DNA of 64,000 bases from Geopsychrobacteraceae bacterium (GCA_963662315.1 OY759353.1:2560001-2624000), one strand, 5' to 3'. Numbered from the stretch's first letter, positions 49,276-61,526 are shown. The notes: generated from the sequence alone by a model not told the origin. A program made the numbers and translations.

Positions 49276-50311
49276 CCATGGCGGCTAATGTGGTTTCCAT
49301 CTCTTCGCGAGTCCCCATGGTAATCCGCATGCCATGCTGTAACAGCGGATCAGAAAAATAGCGCACCAGGATTTTCCGCTCGTACAAAGCGTCGTAAACA
49401 CGCTTGCCATTCCTGTCCTTAGGCTGGGCAAAAACAAAATTGGCGTGGGAAGGTTCAATTTTGTAACCGACTTTACGCAGTTCACCACAGAACCAGTCAC
49501 GGGTCTCCCGCACCTTGTTAATCGTCATGCGCAGGTAATCCTGATCCTTCAAAGCGGCCGTTGCGGCCACCAGGGCGAGGCGGTCAAGGTGATAGTGATC
49601 GCGGATCTTATCGAGGGCGGCAATCACCTCCGGGCGCGCGATGGCAAGCCCAAGACGCATACCTGCCAGCGCGTAGCTCTTGGAAAAGGTCCGGGTAACG
49701 ATAACATTTTCGTAATCACGAACGAGATCCATGGCGTTGACATCGGTAAAATCAACATAGGCCTCATCCACGACCAGAATACCGCTACAGCGTTCGGCAA
49801 GCTGGGCGATGTAACTGTTGTCAAACATGAAGCCCAGCGGTGCATTGGGACTGGTCAGGAAGAAAATTTTGCCATCATACTGCTCGGGAAAATCGGCCAG
49901 CTGACGATCCTCCGTCAGGCCGAAAGTTCTTATTGTGGCGCCCTGAATTTCTGCCAGGGTTGAATAGTAGGAATAGGAAGGGTTCACGTAGGCAACCTCT
50001 TCCCCCTCGCCAGCAAAGGCCCGAATCAGATTATTGAGCAGTTCATCGGAACCGTTCGCCATAATCACCCACGATGGATCAAAACCATACAGCTCTGCCG
50101 CCGCCTGACGTGCCTCTTTGCTTCCGGCATCCGGATATTTGCGCAGGTTTTCGCCTGCGTTGCCAATTTCAGCAAGGATCGCTTCGGCCACCTTGGGTGA
50201 TGGCGGATAAGGGTTTTCATTGGTATTGAGCTTTATCCAGCCTTTTCCTTCCGGCTGATACCCGGGCACATAGCCAGCCATTTCGGCAATATTTTTACGT
50301 AACGGTAGCAT
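49262..50311 (-). CDS. hisC: Histidinol-phosphate aminotransferase
   Basis: [34 protein letters not shown]. Confidence 0.93.
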   Translation of the reverse strand: MLPLRKNIAEMAGYVPGYQPEGKGWIKLNTNENPYPPSPKVAEAILAEIGNAGENLRKYPDAGSKEARQAAAELYGFDPSWVIMANGSDELLNNLIRAFAGEGEEVAYVNPSYSYYSTLAEIQGATIRTFGLTEDRQLADFPEQYDGKIFFLTSPNAPLGFMFDNSYIAQLAERCSGILVVDEAYVDFTDVNAMDLVRDYENVIVTRTFSKSYALAGMRLGLAIARPEVIAALDKIRDHYHLDRLALVAATAALKDQDYLRMTINKVRETRDWFCGELRKVGYKIEPSHANFVFAQPKDRNGKRVYDALYERKILVRYFSDPLLQHGMRITMGTREEMETTLAAMVEIG

Positions 50312-50313
50312 CT

Positions 50314-51381
50314 CTAATATTCCTTCAATATCTGATATTCAGTCGTACGCCGAGCGGGTATAAAGCCGGCTCCACGCACAAGATCAACTATATCCTCTTT
50401 TGACATCCGAAACGAACAGCCTGCAGCAGCAACAACGTTTTCTTCCAGCATCGTTCCGCCCAGATCATTGGCGCCAAAAAACAGTGCCACCTGGGCCATG
50501 CGCGCCCCTTGCGTCACCCAGCTCCCCTGAATATTATCGACATTATCCAGGATAATGCGTGACAGGGCGAGAACTCTCAGATATTCGACACCGCTGGCGG
50601 TTTCCCCGCCAAGCTCGGTATTATCCGGCTGAAAGGTCCAGGGGATAAACGCGGTAAAACCTCCGGTGCGCTGCTGAATTTCCCGAATGCGGAACAGGTG
50701 CTCGACGATATCTTCCGGCTTTTCACGGCTGCCGAACATCATGGTCGCGGTGGTTCGCATGCCAAGACGGTGGGCCTCTTCCATAACGGCTGCCCACTGG
50801 CGCCAACCAATCTTATTGGGAGAAATCTCCTGACGCACATCGTCAACCAGCACCTCGGCCCCACCACCCGGTACCGAAGCCAGACCGGCCGCCTGCAGAC
50901 GCTGCAGACATTCCGGCATGGTCAGACCGGAGAGCCTGGCAATATGGGTGACTTCAGCCGGTGACAGAGAGTGAATCTGGACCTGAGGAAAACGTTTGCG
51001 CAACTGACAGAACAACTCCTCAAACCAGTCGATCTTCAAAGTCGGATGCAGACCTCCCTGCATCAATAACTGGGTTCCGTCATGATCAACCAGTTCCTGG
51101 ACCTTGGCGTATATTTCGTCATAACTGAGGAGATAAGCGTCGCTGTCCTCGGCGTTGCGATAGAAAGCGCAAAACTTGCATTTTGATTCACAGACGTTGG
51201 AATAGTTGACGTTGCGATCGACAACAAAGGTCACCCGCTTATCCGGGTGTTTCTCCCGCCGGATGGTGTCAGCCACCCTTCCCAATGTGAGCAGGTCTAC
51301 CTCGGTTAACAGCTTCAAGCCATCTGCGCGGTCAAGCCCCTCTCTATTGGCCATTTTATTGCGAATTTCTGTCGCTAACAT
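50314..51381 (-). CDS. mqnC: Cyclic dehypoxanthinyl futalosine synthase
   Basis: [33 protein letters not shown]. Confidence 0.92.
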   Translation of the reverse strand: MLATEIRNKMANREGLDRADGLKLLTEVDLLTLGRVADTIRREKHPDKRVTFVVDRNVNYSNVCESKCKFCAFYRNAEDSDAYLLSYDEIYAKVQELVDHDGTQLLMQGGLHPTLKIDWFEELFCQLRKRFPQVQIHSLSPAEVTHIARLSGLTMPECLQRLQAAGLASVPGGGAEVLVDDVRQEISPNKIGWRQWAAVMEEAHRLGMRTTATMMFGSREKPEDIVEHLFRIREIQQRTGGFTAFIPWTFQPDNTELGGETASGVEYLRVLALSRIILDNVDNIQGSWVTQGARMAQVALFFGANDLGGTMLEENVVAAAGCSFRMSKEDIVDLVRGAGFIPARRTTEYQILKEY

Positions 51382-52460
51382 CAGTACACCTGCAGAGCAT
51401 TATATAACGTGTCGCGTTCAACCGGGGTTTTGCCCGCCTTGCGGATCAAAGCACAAATCCCCTGTCGAGCCAACGCCTGGGGGGAATCGGCCCCGGCATC
51501 ATGACCGATCTTTTCCTCAATAACGGTACCGTCAAGATCGTTCACACCAAAGCACAGGGCAGTCTGAGCAATTTTAAGACCAAGCATGACCCAATACGCT
51601 TTAACATGCTGGAAGTTGTCAAGATAAATACGACTGATAGCGAGAGTCTTCAAGGCATCGACCCCACCCACCCCTTTGGCACCCGGCACCCGGGTATTAT
51701 CCGGCTGAAAAGCGAGGGGGATAAAAGCCTGGAACCCACCAGTGCGATCCTGCAAGTCACGAATCTGACGCATGTGGTCAACCCGGTCAGCATAATTCTC
51801 CAGATGACCGAACAGCATGGTGGCATTACTGCGCAACCCACCCCGGTGGGCTGCTTCAGTGACTTCAAGCCAGCGTTCGCCGGAAATCTTTTCAGCACAG
51901 ATTTTATCGCGCACTTCTTTACCGAGAATTTCCGCCCCGCCACCCGGCATCGACCCTAACCCCGCATCCTTAAGAGCAGCAATCACTGCGCAGATATCCA
52001 GACCTGAAATCCGCGCAAAATAATCGATTTCAACAGCAGTAAACGCCTTGATATGCAGATCAGGAGCAACACCCTTGATCGCCTGCAGCATCTCCAGGTA
52101 AAACTCAAACGGCAAGGTCGGATGCAAGCCGCCAACGGAATGAATTTCCGTTGCCCCGGCGGCAACGGCCTCGCGCGTTTTGTCTTGGATCTGATCGAGA
52201 GCGAGGGTGTACCCCCCTTTAGCACCGTCTTCCTTGGCAAAAGCACAAAACTTACACTGATTGACACATAAGTTCGTATAGTTGATATGGCGATTCACGT
52301 TAAAGAAAACCCGGTCGCCGTTCTTGTGTTCATTAATGGCGGCAGCAAGTTCGCCGATCGCCAGTAAATCATGCGATTCAAACAACGCAAGGGCATCAGC
52401 TTCATTGATACGCTGGCCATTGGCGATCTTATCCTGGAGGGTGTCAAACACAGTCTTCAT
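51381..52460 (-). CDS. mqnE: Aminofutalosine synthase
   Basis: NRHINYTNLCVNQCKFCAF, HIKAFTAVE, HVKAYWVM, DGTVIEEKI. Confidence 0.92.
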   Translation of the reverse strand: MKTVFDTLQDKIANGQRINEADALALFESHDLLAIGELAAAINEHKNGDRVFFNVNRHINYTNLCVNQCKFCAFAKEDGAKGGYTLALDQIQDKTREAVAAGATEIHSVGGLHPTLPFEFYLEMLQAIKGVAPDLHIKAFTAVEIDYFARISGLDICAVIAALKDAGLGSMPGGGAEILGKEVRDKICAEKISGERWLEVTEAAHRGGLRSNATMLFGHLENYADRVDHMRQIRDLQDRTGGFQAFIPLAFQPDNTRVPGAKGVGGVDALKTLAISRIYLDNFQHVKAYWVMLGLKIAQTALCFGVNDLDGTVIEEKIGHDAGADSPQALARQGICALIRKAGKTPVERDTLYNALQVY

Positions 52461-52483
52461 ACTTTCATATCCACGTGGTGACG

Positions 52484-53092
52484 TCAGTCATCAGCCAAAG
52501 CTCCCCAGCGCTTGAACAGGGCATGCTCAACGCCAAGACCATCAAGAGCTTTTCCAACGACAAAGTTCACCAGGTCATCAATTGTCTGAGGTTGTTGATA
52601 AAAAGCCGGCATGGCCGGCAGAATCTGCGCTCCGGCATCAGTCAGGCGCAGGAGAGTTTCCAGATGAATGCGGTTGAACGGGGTTTCACGCGGGACCAGT
52701 AGCAGTTGCCTACGCTCTTTAAGGGCGACATCTGCAACCCGTTCCAGCAGGTTACCGGACAGCCCAGCAGCGATGCGCCCCGCGCTGCCCATGGAGCAGG
52801 GACAGATCACCACAGCATCAGGGGCACTGGAGCCACTGGCGACCGGGGCAAAGAAATCATCCTGAGCGTAGTAGCTGAGATTATCCTGGCCACCAAAGTA
52901 GGTATTTAGTTGAGCCCGACATTGCTGCACATCTTCAGCCAGTTTCAAATCCGTTTCAAAAGCTGCCACCTGGCGACCGGCGGTAGTCACTAAGAGCGTG
53001 ACTTTATGCTGAGCACGCACCAGTTCTGCTACCAGGCGCAGGCCGTAGATTGATCCGGAGGCTCCGGTTATGCCGACGACGATGTTTTTCAT
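52484..53092 (-). CDS. ubiX: Flavin prenyltransferase
   Basis: GITGASG, ASGS, PCSMG, RETP, PAMPAFY; start at MKNIVV. Confidence 0.93.
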   Translation of the reverse strand: MKNIVVGITGASGSIYGLRLVAELVRAQHKVTLLVTTAGRQVAAFETDLKLAEDVQQCRAQLNTYFGGQDNLSYYAQDDFFAPVASGSSAPDAVVICPCSMGSAGRIAAGLSGNLLERVADVALKERRQLLLVPRETPFNRIHLETLLRLTDAGAQILPAMPAFYQQPQTIDDLVNFVVGKALDGLGVEHALFKRWGALADD

Positions 53093-53133
53093 CGTATCCT
53101 TTTTAATATGGTTCAAAAGGTTTAAACCTTTAA

Positions 53134-53322
53134 CCCCGCGGGGATGCGGCCCCGCACGCCGCCTTCCTTTTGACCAGGGCAACAAAAGGAAGCAAAAATG
53201 CCCTTTTAAAATAACTGACGAAACTTTAGCATTTCATGTTTACCTGTTTCAGCCAGCGAAAAACTAGCCGCCCGACGATGAGCAAGCTCATCCACGGGCA
53301 AAACCGCAGTAACACCTTGGCA
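53134..53322 (-). other. Structured intergenic element, copy 2 (pseudoknot-forming)
   Basis: Homologous to 46837-47025; see findings. Confidence 0.6.
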
Positions 53323-53340
53323 GGTTTTACTGCACAATTT

Positions 53341-54216
53341 TCACACTAGCGCATCAATCAGGGTGAAGACAAAAATTGTCACGCTGATATAGCCGTTCAT
53401 ATTAAAAAACGCCGCGTCGAGCCGCGACAGATCATCCGCTTTGACCAGGCGATGCTCGTAAACCAGCAGCAGAGCAACCACGACGACACCGGCAAAATAG
53501 ATCCAGCCGAGGCCACTACCGATCATCACCAGCAGCAGCAACACGACCATCACACTGTGAAAAATGCGCACCAGCTTGATCGCTTTTTCTTTACCCAAGC
53601 GTGACGGGACTGAATGCAGCCCTTTTTTCACGTCATAATCATAATCCTGCAAAGCGTAAAAAATATCAAACCCTGCGACCCAGAACAGGACCGCCAGCCC
53701 CAGAGCGATGACAGACCAGCCCAGGTCACCACGCAACGCGATCCAGGCACCGATGGGAGCAACCCCCAGGCAGATCCCCAGCACCACGTGAGCATAATGG
53801 GTGAAGCGCTTGCAATAAGCATAAAGCACGAAGAGTCCAACCACGATCGGCGCCAGGGCAAAACATAACGGGTTGAGCATCCAGGCCGCAAAAAAGAATA
53901 CGATCAGGGCAACCAGGATAAAGACGACCGCCTCAAGGACGCTGACCGTCCCCGCCGGGATATGCCGCTCCGCCGTGCGCGGGTTTTCCGCATCGATCTT
54001 GGCATCAATCAGGCGGTTAAGCCCCATGGCCGCTGTACGCGCCCCGACCATGGCCAGACAGATCCAGACAATCTGAAAAAATCCGGGGGGTGCCCCGCTC
54101 GCCAAAGAGGCCAGCACCACACCCATAAGGGCGAAAGGAAAGGCAAAAATCGTATGAGAGAATTTAATCATCTCCAGCAGTGTTTTTACTTTTGTGTACA
54201 GCTGCTCTTTATTCAT
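53341..54216 (-). CDS. UbiA-like prenyltransferase (MqnP-type)
   Basis: IKFSHTIFAFPFA, NRLIDAKID.ENPRT..R, FDIFYALQD; in the mqn operon. Confidence 0.9.
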   Translation of the reverse strand: MNKEQLYTKVKTLLEMIKFSHTIFAFPFALMGVVLASLASGAPPGFFQIVWICLAMVGARTAAMGLNRLIDAKIDAENPRTAERHIPAGTVSVLEAVVFILVALIVFFFAAWMLNPLCFALAPIVVGLFVLYAYCKRFTHYAHVVLGICLGVAPIGAWIALRGDLGWSVIALGLAVLFWVAGFDIFYALQDYDYDVKKGLHSVPSRLGKEKAIKLVRIFHSVMVVLLLLVMIGSGLGWIYFAGVVVVALLLVYEHRLVKADDLSRLDAAFFNMNGYISVTIFVFTLIDALV

Positions 54217-54381
54217 GATTATTACATACCCTGTAAGTGGGAGAAAATACGGTTCTGCCGGACAAAAACCCAAAAACCCTGAAAGCAAAAATGAAAGGCA
54301 TAATCTACACCCGAGCATAACTTGTCACAAGGGCTTTTCAGTGATTTGTTTAATGCTGCAGCTCTGGTATGATTCCCCACT

Positions 54382-54837
54382 ATGACTGAACTGTTCCAGA
54401 ACTATGACCTGTTTACTCTGTTCATTGTCAGCTTTCTTGCGGCGACCCTGCTCCCCCTCGGATCAGAATGGCTGCTTGTGGCCATGGCGCTTAATGGCAG
54501 CAACCCGCTGGCAAGTGTTATTGTCGCGACCTGTGGCAACAGCCTGGGCGCCGGCACCAATTACCTGATCGGGCGTTGCGGCGGAGACTGGCTGAACAGG
54601 AAACTGCTGCATATTAAACCTCAGCGTCTGGAACAAGCACGCAACTGGTTTAACCGCTACGGCAGTTGGGCCCTGCTGCTCTCCTGGCTGCCGGTCATTG
54701 GCGACCCATTGTGCCTGGTCAGCGGTATGCTCAGGACACCGCTGCTGCGTTTCAGCCTGCTGGTTATCTGCGGCAAGGGACTACGCTATAGCGGTTTGAT
54801 GCTGGCGACCATTGAAGGAAGTAAACTTTTCACCTGA
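54382..54837 (+). CDS. YqaA/DedA-family membrane protein
   Basis: SFLAATLLPLGSE, LLSWLPVIGDPLC. Confidence 0.88.
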   Translation: MTELFQNYDLFTLFIVSFLAATLLPLGSEWLLVAMALNGSNPLASVIVATCGNSLGAGTNYLIGRCGGDWLNRKLLHIKPQRLEQARNWFNRYGSWALLLSWLPVIGDPLCLVSGMLRTPLLRFSLLVICGKGLRYSGLMLATIEGSKLFT

Positions 54838-54852
54838 TCGGGAAAGCGACGG

Positions 54853-56013
54853 ATGAAACTCTACACACCAGCCTTTGCAGCGCTGTTTCTGGCCAATCTG
54901 ACCATGGTTTCGAGCTTCTCGAGCTTTTTTCTGTTCCCTCTATATATTACTGATTTCGGCGGTGATGACCGCGACATCGGTATTATCATGGGTGCCTTTG
55001 CCATGGCCTCGGCATTCAGCAGACCTTGGGTTGCCGACATGATCGACCGCATTGGTCGTAAGCGCAGCTATACCATAGGCACCGTCATTATGGCCATTAT
55101 GCCCCTGGTCCATTTGCTGCTGATGGGACCCATCTCCGCGAATTACCTGATCCTGCTTTTAGCGCGCATCGTTCATGGTATCGGCCTGGCGATCTGCTTT
55201 ACGGCCATATTCACCTTTATTATCGACCTGATCCCCCTGGCCCGGCTTAACGAGGGGATTGGCATCTTCGGCACATCGGGATTGGTTGGCATGGCCATCG
55301 GCCCGATGGTTACCGAACCGATTCTGAGAGGGTTCGGCTATCCGGCGTTTTTCATGACAGCGGCACTCTTCTCTGTTCTGGCTCTTCTGCTGCACCTGCC
55401 CGTGCATGATCCCTATCAGGATCAGAAGCGTCAACAACCGCCTGAGGCCCACCAAGCGGCACCCTCCTTTTTTGCACTATTGAAAACCCGCAAACACCTG
55501 GTCTGTGGTAGCCTGGCCTTGATTTTTGGCATTGGCCTGGCAGCCAGCAGTAATTTTATCGCCCCGCTGGCTGAATCGCGTTCATTGAGCTATGTTTCGC
55601 TCTACTATCTGGCCTATTCCGTTGCAGCGGTCCTGGTAAGACTGGTTGGTGGGAAACTGGGAGATCGCATTGGCGAAAAACAGATCGTTCCCTGGGGACT
55701 GTTCCTGGGCGCCCTGGCCCTGCTGATGTGCCCGTTTATCAGCAACAATGCGATCCTGCTTGGGATCGGTTTTATCTTCGGGACCGGGCACGGGCTCCTG
55801 TTCCCAGCCCTCAACGCCATGGCAATTCGTGGCGAGCCCTATGCGGTTCGCGGCAAGGTAACCGGTATCTTCACCGGGGGCATTGACTGCGGATCTTTCC
55901 TCGGTGCCATGGTCCTTGGCGTTATTGCTCATAGCGCCGGCTATAATGTCCTTTTTCTATGCGCCGGCTTGGCCCTGCTCAGTGGCTTGCTGATCTTTCG
56001 ATTTCGCACTTAA
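54853..56013 (+). CDS. MFS transporter
   Basis: About 12 TM segments; DRIGRKR and DRIGEK loop motifs. Confidence 0.9.
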   Translation: MKLYTPAFAALFLANLTMVSSFSSFFLFPLYITDFGGDDRDIGIIMGAFAMASAFSRPWVADMIDRIGRKRSYTIGTVIMAIMPLVHLLLMGPISANYLILLLARIVHGIGLAICFTAIFTFIIDLIPLARLNEGIGIFGTSGLVGMAIGPMVTEPILRGFGYPAFFMTAALFSVLALLLHLPVHDPYQDQKRQQPPEAHQAAPSFFALLKTRKHLVCGSLALIFGIGLAASSNFIAPLAESRSLSYVSLYYLAYSVAAVLVRLVGGKLGDRIGEKQIVPWGLFLGALALLMCPFISNNAILLGIGFIFGTGHGLLFPALNAMAIRGEPYAVRGKVTGIFTGGIDCGSFLGAMVLGVIAHSAGYNVLFLCAGLALLSGLLIFRFRT

Positions 56014-56250
56014 GCAGAAACGCCACAACTATCTCAAAGCAGTCCCCATCGATTCTCCATGTCTCACCAGAATAATAGGTTTTGGTTTCATCGGCTATTT
56101 CCCTTTTCAGTTAAAAAAATTTTCTTTTAGAAAAAATATCCGTCCAGTTAGCCAACTAAGTTAACCGATAAACACCCGAAGAGAGCTTATTTATATCCAA
56201 TGGAGCTGTTTAATTATTCGATCTAACAACGGAATATCTCAAAAAACATC

Positions 56251-56279
56251 TTGACAATTAATCACAATTAATGTGAAAT
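56251..56279 (+). promoter_or_regulatory. Sigma70-like promoter of MCP1, shared with MCP2
   Basis: TTGACAATTAA-N7-TAATGTGAAAT, repeated at 58793-58821. Confidence 0.6.
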
Positions 56280-56322
56280 AGCCAACGATATTGCTGCCAA
56301 CAGGAGGAGGTTCTAACCTGCC

Positions 56323-58497
56323 ATGAAATCATTATCCTTAAGAAACCGTATTCTGCTGCCCATTATTGCCCTGATCGTCATCGGCATGGGAACATCTGCC
56401 ATACTGTCGACCCAGGCCACCTCAAAAATTGTTCAGAGTACCATCACCAATCAATTGGAAATTCTGACCAATAATATTGAAACCCAGATATCGACGTGGA
56501 TAACAGACCTGCGTGCAGACCTGAAGACGTTATCCGAAACCGAGACCTATTCTGACTGCCTCATGAACCAGGGCCTTGGCAGCGATTATTATGTTGAACT
56601 TGCCAATCAAAAGTTGGCCGCCTACAAAGAACGTTACCCACTTTACGACTCTTTAGTCCTGCTCAATGAATCAGGCGTAGCTGTTGCCTCATCAGATCCC
56701 TCCCTGATTGGTAAACTCGACCTTCATGATCGTTCTTATTTCAAAGATGCTATGAGTGGAAAAGCGGCGCTCAGCGATACAGCAAAAAGTCGCGCAACAG
56801 GTCAGCCTATTTTCGTTATTGCTGAGCCGGTTAGCGTTTTCGATAAAATTCAGGGGGTTATGCTCGGCGCGATTGAAATGGCGCGCTTTTCTAAAGAATT
56901 TATTCTGCCCGTCAAAATTGGTGAAGAAGGTTATGCCTACATGACCGACCGAACCGGCGTAGTTTCGGCCCACCCCAAAGACGATGTCATTCTGAAAGTC
57001 AACTTAAACGATACGCCGTGGGGTAAACAGATCTTGGCCCAACAGAACGGCACACTTCACTATGAATATGAAGATGTCACGAAATTGGCAATTTTCCGTA
57101 CCGAACCGTCCACGGGCTGGGTCGTTGTGGCAGGAGCCTCAGAGGAGGATGTTTATGGCGCTCTGGACAAAGTCAACATCAACAACACCATCATCGGGAT
57201 AGTTATTGTTGTCATTCTGATTATCGTCATTATGTTTCTGGTGCGTCCGATCGTCTCAGCGCTTGGCAAAGGGGTCAAGTTCGCCGAAGAGATTAAATCC
57301 GGCGATTTATCCGGCCGTCTACGCCTGGATCGTGGTGACGAAATAGGTCAACTTGGCAATGCCCTGGACAGCATGGCCGACAGCTTGCAACAGCGTGCTG
57401 AGATCGCTGAGGCTATCGCACAAGGCGATCTGACCCAGGAAGTTAAACTGATGTCGGATAAAGACGTGCTCGGGCGTGCACTCCAAGGTATGACAGAAAA
57501 ACTGAATGACATTATCTCACAGATCAATGCCGCCAGTGAGCAGATCGACTCCGGAGCCAGCCAAGTGTCCGATTCGGCGCAGGACCTGTCGCAGGGCGCC
57601 ACTGAACAAGCCGCCTCCATTGAAGAAATTGGTGCCAGCCTGAATGAACTTTCCGGCAGAACCCATGAAAACGCCCAGAACGCACAAACCGCCAATCAGC
57701 TGGCCATCACGGCCCGCGATGCAGCGAATAGCGGCAGCATTCACATGCAGGATATGGTCACGGCCATGGAAGATATTAATCAGTCAGGCCAGAGCATCAG
57801 TAAAATTATTAAAACCATCGATGAAATCGCTTTCCAGACCAACCTTCTGGCTCTGAACGCCGCAGTCGAAGCCGCCCGTGCCGGTCAACAGGGTAAAGGG
57901 TTTGCTGTCGTTGCCGAAGAGGTTCGCAATCTGGCCGCGCGCAGTGCCAAAGCGGCACAGGAAACCGCCGAACTGATCGAGGGAACCGTGGCTAAAGGGA
58001 AAAACGGGACTGAAATAGCCAACCGTACCGCTAACGCTTTGACTGAAATCGTTGAGGGTATTGGTAAAACGGCCGATCTGGTTGGGGAGATTGCCGCCTC
58101 TTCCACAGAGCAGGCCGATGGCATCAATCAGGTCAATGAAGGGGTCAGCCAGATCGATCAGGTGATCCAGCGCAATACGGCAGGGGCCGAGGAAGGCGCC
58201 GCTGCAGCAGAAGAGCTGTCGAGCCAGTCCGCCTATATGCGTGACATTCTCAGTCAGTTCAGGTTACGCGGACAGGCACAAAGATCCGCGCCGATAGCCA
58301 GCAGAGCAACAATACCAGAAAAGACTCGGGCAATTCCTGCCAAGACAGTATCCACCCAACCTGCTAAGCTTGCAAAACCTACCCTACCAGCGCCAGCAGC
58401 GCCAAGAGGAGATCAGGCAGCAACGGGCTGGGACTCCATAGGCAAAGCCAGCAAACCAGTCATTGCTCTTGACGATGATGAGTTTGGCAAATATTGA
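56323..58497 (+). CDS. Methyl-accepting chemotaxis protein (dCache, HAMP, MA) 1
   Basis: RSYF and GYAYM dCache features; [30 protein letters not shown]. Confidence 0.95.
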   Translation: MKSLSLRNRILLPIIALIVIGMGTSAILSTQATSKIVQSTITNQLEILTNNIETQISTWITDLRADLKTLSETETYSDCLMNQGLGSDYYVELANQKLAAYKERYPLYDSLVLLNESGVAVASSDPSLIGKLDLHDRSYFKDAMSGKAALSDTAKSRATGQPIFVIAEPVSVFDKIQGVMLGAIEMARFSKEFILPVKIGEEGYAYMTDRTGVVSAHPKDDVILKVNLNDTPWGKQILAQQNGTLHYEYEDVTKLAIFRTEPSTGWVVVAGASEEDVYGALDKVNINNTIIGIVIVVILIIVIMFLVRPIVSALGKGVKFAEEIKSGDLSGRLRLDRGDEIGQLGNALDSMADSLQQRAEIAEAIAQGDLTQEVKLMSDKDVLGRALQGMTEKLNDIISQINAASEQIDSGASQVSDSAQDLSQGATEQAASIEEIGASLNELSGRTHENAQNAQTANQLAITARDAANSGSIHMQDMVTAMEDINQSGQSISKIIKTIDEIAFQTNLLALNAAVEAARAGQQGKGFAVVAEEVRNLAARSAKAAQETAELIEGTVAKGKNGTEIANRTANALTEIVEGIGKTADLVGEIAASSTEQADGINQVNEGVSQIDQVIQRNTAGAEEGAAAAEELSSQSAYMRDILSQFRLRGQAQRSAPIASRATIPEKTRAIPAKTVSTQPAKLAKPTLPAPAAPRGDQAATGWDSIGKASKPVIALDDDEFGKY

Positions 58498-58518
58498 GAA
58501 TAATAGAATGATCTGCTT

Positions 58519-58555
58519 TTCACCCAGAAAGCTTATTCATAGCTTTCTGGGTGAA
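58519..58555 (+). terminator. Hairpin terminator after MCP1
   Basis: TTCACCCAGAAAGCT-loop-AGCTTTCTGGGTGAA. Confidence 0.7.
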
Positions 58556-58864
58556 GGCTAGCTTTTGATTTTTCTACGTTTCCCCTTCACAAAGGTAGTC
58601 TTTGCCCACTGACATAACGTCGCCTCAACTAAAACCTTTGCAAGCACCACTATATTTCCAGCCTTCTGCTTGCAATGATCAAAAATAGAAGACTAAAAAG
58701 CTTCCCTATCCGCACCTAAAAATCACTTATAAATAGTGCATTTTAGCAATATTTCAAAATCAAACAGCAACCAATAAAAAAACAGAAAAACCTTGACAAT
58801 TAACCGTAGCTAATGTGAAATTCCAAACCCTAATCCACATCCTACCTGGAGGTTTTACAAGCTC

Positions 58865-61021
58865 ATGAAAACGTTATCTTTACGAAGCCGTATCCTATTA
58901 CCCATTATTGCTCTGCTCATCATCGGCATGGGAACAGCTGCGACATTATCTAACCGCGCGACATCTACTATTGTTCAAAATATAATCACAACGGATCTGG
59001 AACTACTGGCACAGAACCTAACCACCCAGGTTTCCAGCTGGGTGGCAGATCTTCAGGCAGATTTGCAAACCATGACCAAATCGGAAATATACCTTGACTG
59101 CCTATTGAACCAGGATCTCGCTAGCTATCCATATTACGCCGACAGTGCTAATTCAAGCTTTGCCGAATTTGCAAAACGTTACGGCCTCTACGACTCTCTG
59201 GCACTGATCAATAAATCTGGGAAAGCCGTAGCGTCCTCTGATCCAAACCTGATTGGAAAATTAGATATTCACGACCGGGACTATTTTATAAAAGCCATTA
59301 ATGGCCAAGGCGCCATCAGCAATACGGTTAAAAGTCGAGCCACGGGACATCCGATTTTTGTCCTGGCCGAACCGATTAAAGTTAATAACGAAGTTGTCGG
59401 TGTCATTTTAGGTGCCATTGAAATGACACGTTTTTCAGAAAAGTTCATATTACCCATCAAAATTGGCGACCATGGATATGCGTACATGACAGATGCCGCT
59501 GGTGTTATGTCAGCCCACCCCAACCCTGAAGCTATCTTGAAATTCAATTTAAATGACTACGACTGGAGTAAAGAGATCCTGACCCGAAAAAACGGGCACA
59601 TGGAATATGACTTCCAGGGCGTCGACAAAATCGCCGTATTTAGAACCGATCCTGCCACTGGCTGGACAATTGTTATTGGCGCGTCAAAGGACGATGTTTT
59701 TTCAGGTATTCACAAAGCCAACCGCAATAATTCAGGTATTGGTCTGATTACTGTCGTTATTCTTGCACTGGTCATTGTTTTCCTGGTTCGACCTATTGTC
59801 AACAGTATGAAAACAGCTATCGCGTTTGCCAAGGAAATCCAGGAAGGTGAGTTATCAGACAGGCTAGCATTTACCAGGAGGGATGAAATCGGTCAGCTTG
59901 GCAATGCCCTGGACAGCATGGCCGACAGCCTGCAGCAACGCGCTGAGATCGCTGAGGCTATCGCACACGGCGATCTGACCCAGGAAGTTAAACTGATGTC
60001 GGATAAAGACGTGCTCGGGCGTGCACTCCAAGGTATGACCGAAAAACTGAATGACATTATCTCACAGATCAATGCCGCCAGTGAGCAGATCGATTCCGGT
60101 GCCGGCCAGGTTTCCGATTCGGCCCAGGACCTGTCTCAGGGCGCCACTCAACAAGCCGCGTCCATTGAAGAAATTGGTGCCAGCCTGAATGAACTGTCCG
60201 GAAGAACCCATGAAAACGCCCAGAACGCACAAACCGCCAATCAGCTGGCCATCACGGCCCGCGATGCAGCGAATAGCGGCAGCATTCACATGCAGGATAT
60301 GGTCACGGCCATGGAAGATATTAATCAGTCAGGCCAGAGCATCAGTAAAATTATTAAAACCATCGATGAAATCGCTTTCCAGACCAACCTTCTGGCTCTG
60401 AACGCCGCAGTCGAAGCCGCCCGTGCCGGTCAACAGGGTAAAGGGTTTGCTGTCGTTGCCGAAGAGGTTCGCAATCTGGCCGCGCGCAGTGCCAAAGCGG
60501 CACAGGAAACCGCCGAACTGATCGAGGGAACCGTGGCTAAAGGGAAAAACGGGACTGAAATAGCCAACCGTACCGCCAACGCTTTGACTGAAATCGTTGA
60601 GGGTATCGGTAAAACGGCCGATCTGGTTGGGGAGATTGCCGCCTCTTCCACAGAGCAGGCCGATGGCATCAACCAGGTCAATGAAGGGGTCAGCCAGATC
60701 GATCAGGTGATCCAGCGCAATACGGCAGGGGCCGAGGAAGGCGCCGCTGCAGCAGAAGAGCTGTCGAGCCAGTCCGCCTATATGCGTGACATTCTCAGTC
60801 AGTTCAAGTTACGCGGACAAGCCAAGAGGATGCCTGACGCAACCAAAAGCCCAGCACAGAGACCAGTACCGTCAATTCCAACCAGGGCCACTTTAGCAGC
60901 AGCCCCCAAGCCAATCCTGGCATCACAGAAGAAACACCAGGGAACGACAGGTTGGGACACCATGGGAAAAACAAATAAACCGGTTATTGCCCTCGATGAT
61001 GAGGAGTTTGGTAAATATTAA
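58865..61021 (+). CDS. Methyl-accepting chemotaxis protein 2
   Basis: Same architecture as MCP1. Confidence 0.95.
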   Translation: MKTLSLRSRILLPIIALLIIGMGTAATLSNRATSTIVQNIITTDLELLAQNLTTQVSSWVADLQADLQTMTKSEIYLDCLLNQDLASYPYYADSANSSFAEFAKRYGLYDSLALINKSGKAVASSDPNLIGKLDIHDRDYFIKAINGQGAISNTVKSRATGHPIFVLAEPIKVNNEVVGVILGAIEMTRFSEKFILPIKIGDHGYAYMTDAAGVMSAHPNPEAILKFNLNDYDWSKEILTRKNGHMEYDFQGVDKIAVFRTDPATGWTIVIGASKDDVFSGIHKANRNNSGIGLITVVILALVIVFLVRPIVNSMKTAIAFAKEIQEGELSDRLAFTRRDEIGQLGNALDSMADSLQQRAEIAEAIAHGDLTQEVKLMSDKDVLGRALQGMTEKLNDIISQINAASEQIDSGAGQVSDSAQDLSQGATQQAASIEEIGASLNELSGRTHENAQNAQTANQLAITARDAANSGSIHMQDMVTAMEDINQSGQSISKIIKTIDEIAFQTNLLALNAAVEAARAGQQGKGFAVVAEEVRNLAARSAKAAQETAELIEGTVAKGKNGTEIANRTANALTEIVEGIGKTADLVGEIAASSTEQADGINQVNEGVSQIDQVIQRNTAGAEEGAAAAEELSSQSAYMRDILSQFKLRGQAKRMPDATKSPAQRPVPSIPTRATLAAAPKPILASQKKHQGTTGWDTMGKTNKPVIALDDEEFGKY

Positions 61022-61452
61022 ACCTTATTTGGATATCCAGTTTACTCCCGAATGGTCCTGGAAAACTTGGAACGTCCTATCAAAACGTCAGACGAGCCCA
61101 TGGATGGGTAGAAGCGTCCTAGGAAATGGGAGGTTCTAAGCCTCACCATTTTCAGTTGGGCAACCAAAATAACCACAACATCCTAAAATTCAGGTCTCGG
61201 AAGAGAATTCTAATTTTCCGAGACCTGCGGTCTTACTCCTGATTCCCAAGACTAATGTTTTTTCCGGAAGCACCACTGAAACATGCAGTAAAATTTGAGC
61301 TTGCAAGAAAAATTGCTCCTGCTATTATTGATTAAGCTTCAGCTAATTAGACAATTTTATGAAAGCGGTTGCAACTTTTCTCTAAACAGGTCTTCTGGAA
61401 AAATGATCAAGTAAATATTTGATTTTAAAGCAGTTAACCATGATTACAAAGA

Positions 61453-61468
61453 TGGCACATTACATGCT
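61453..61468 (+). promoter_or_regulatory. Sigma54 (-24/-12) promoter of MCP3
   Basis: TGGCAC-ATTAC-ATGCT, about 60 nt upstream of the ATG. Confidence 0.6.
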
Positions 61469-61526
61469 AAAAATTTAAATTCTGACATCAATTGCATTAA
61501 TTTCTGCATCGGGGAAAGGACTTTTC

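Noticed and set aside
61030..61230. c-di-GMP/GEMM riboswitch upstream of MCP3
   Set aside because: Lacks the GCAAAC..GAAA..GACGCAAAG core; only hairpins (CCCATGGATGGG and 61191-61227) are visible
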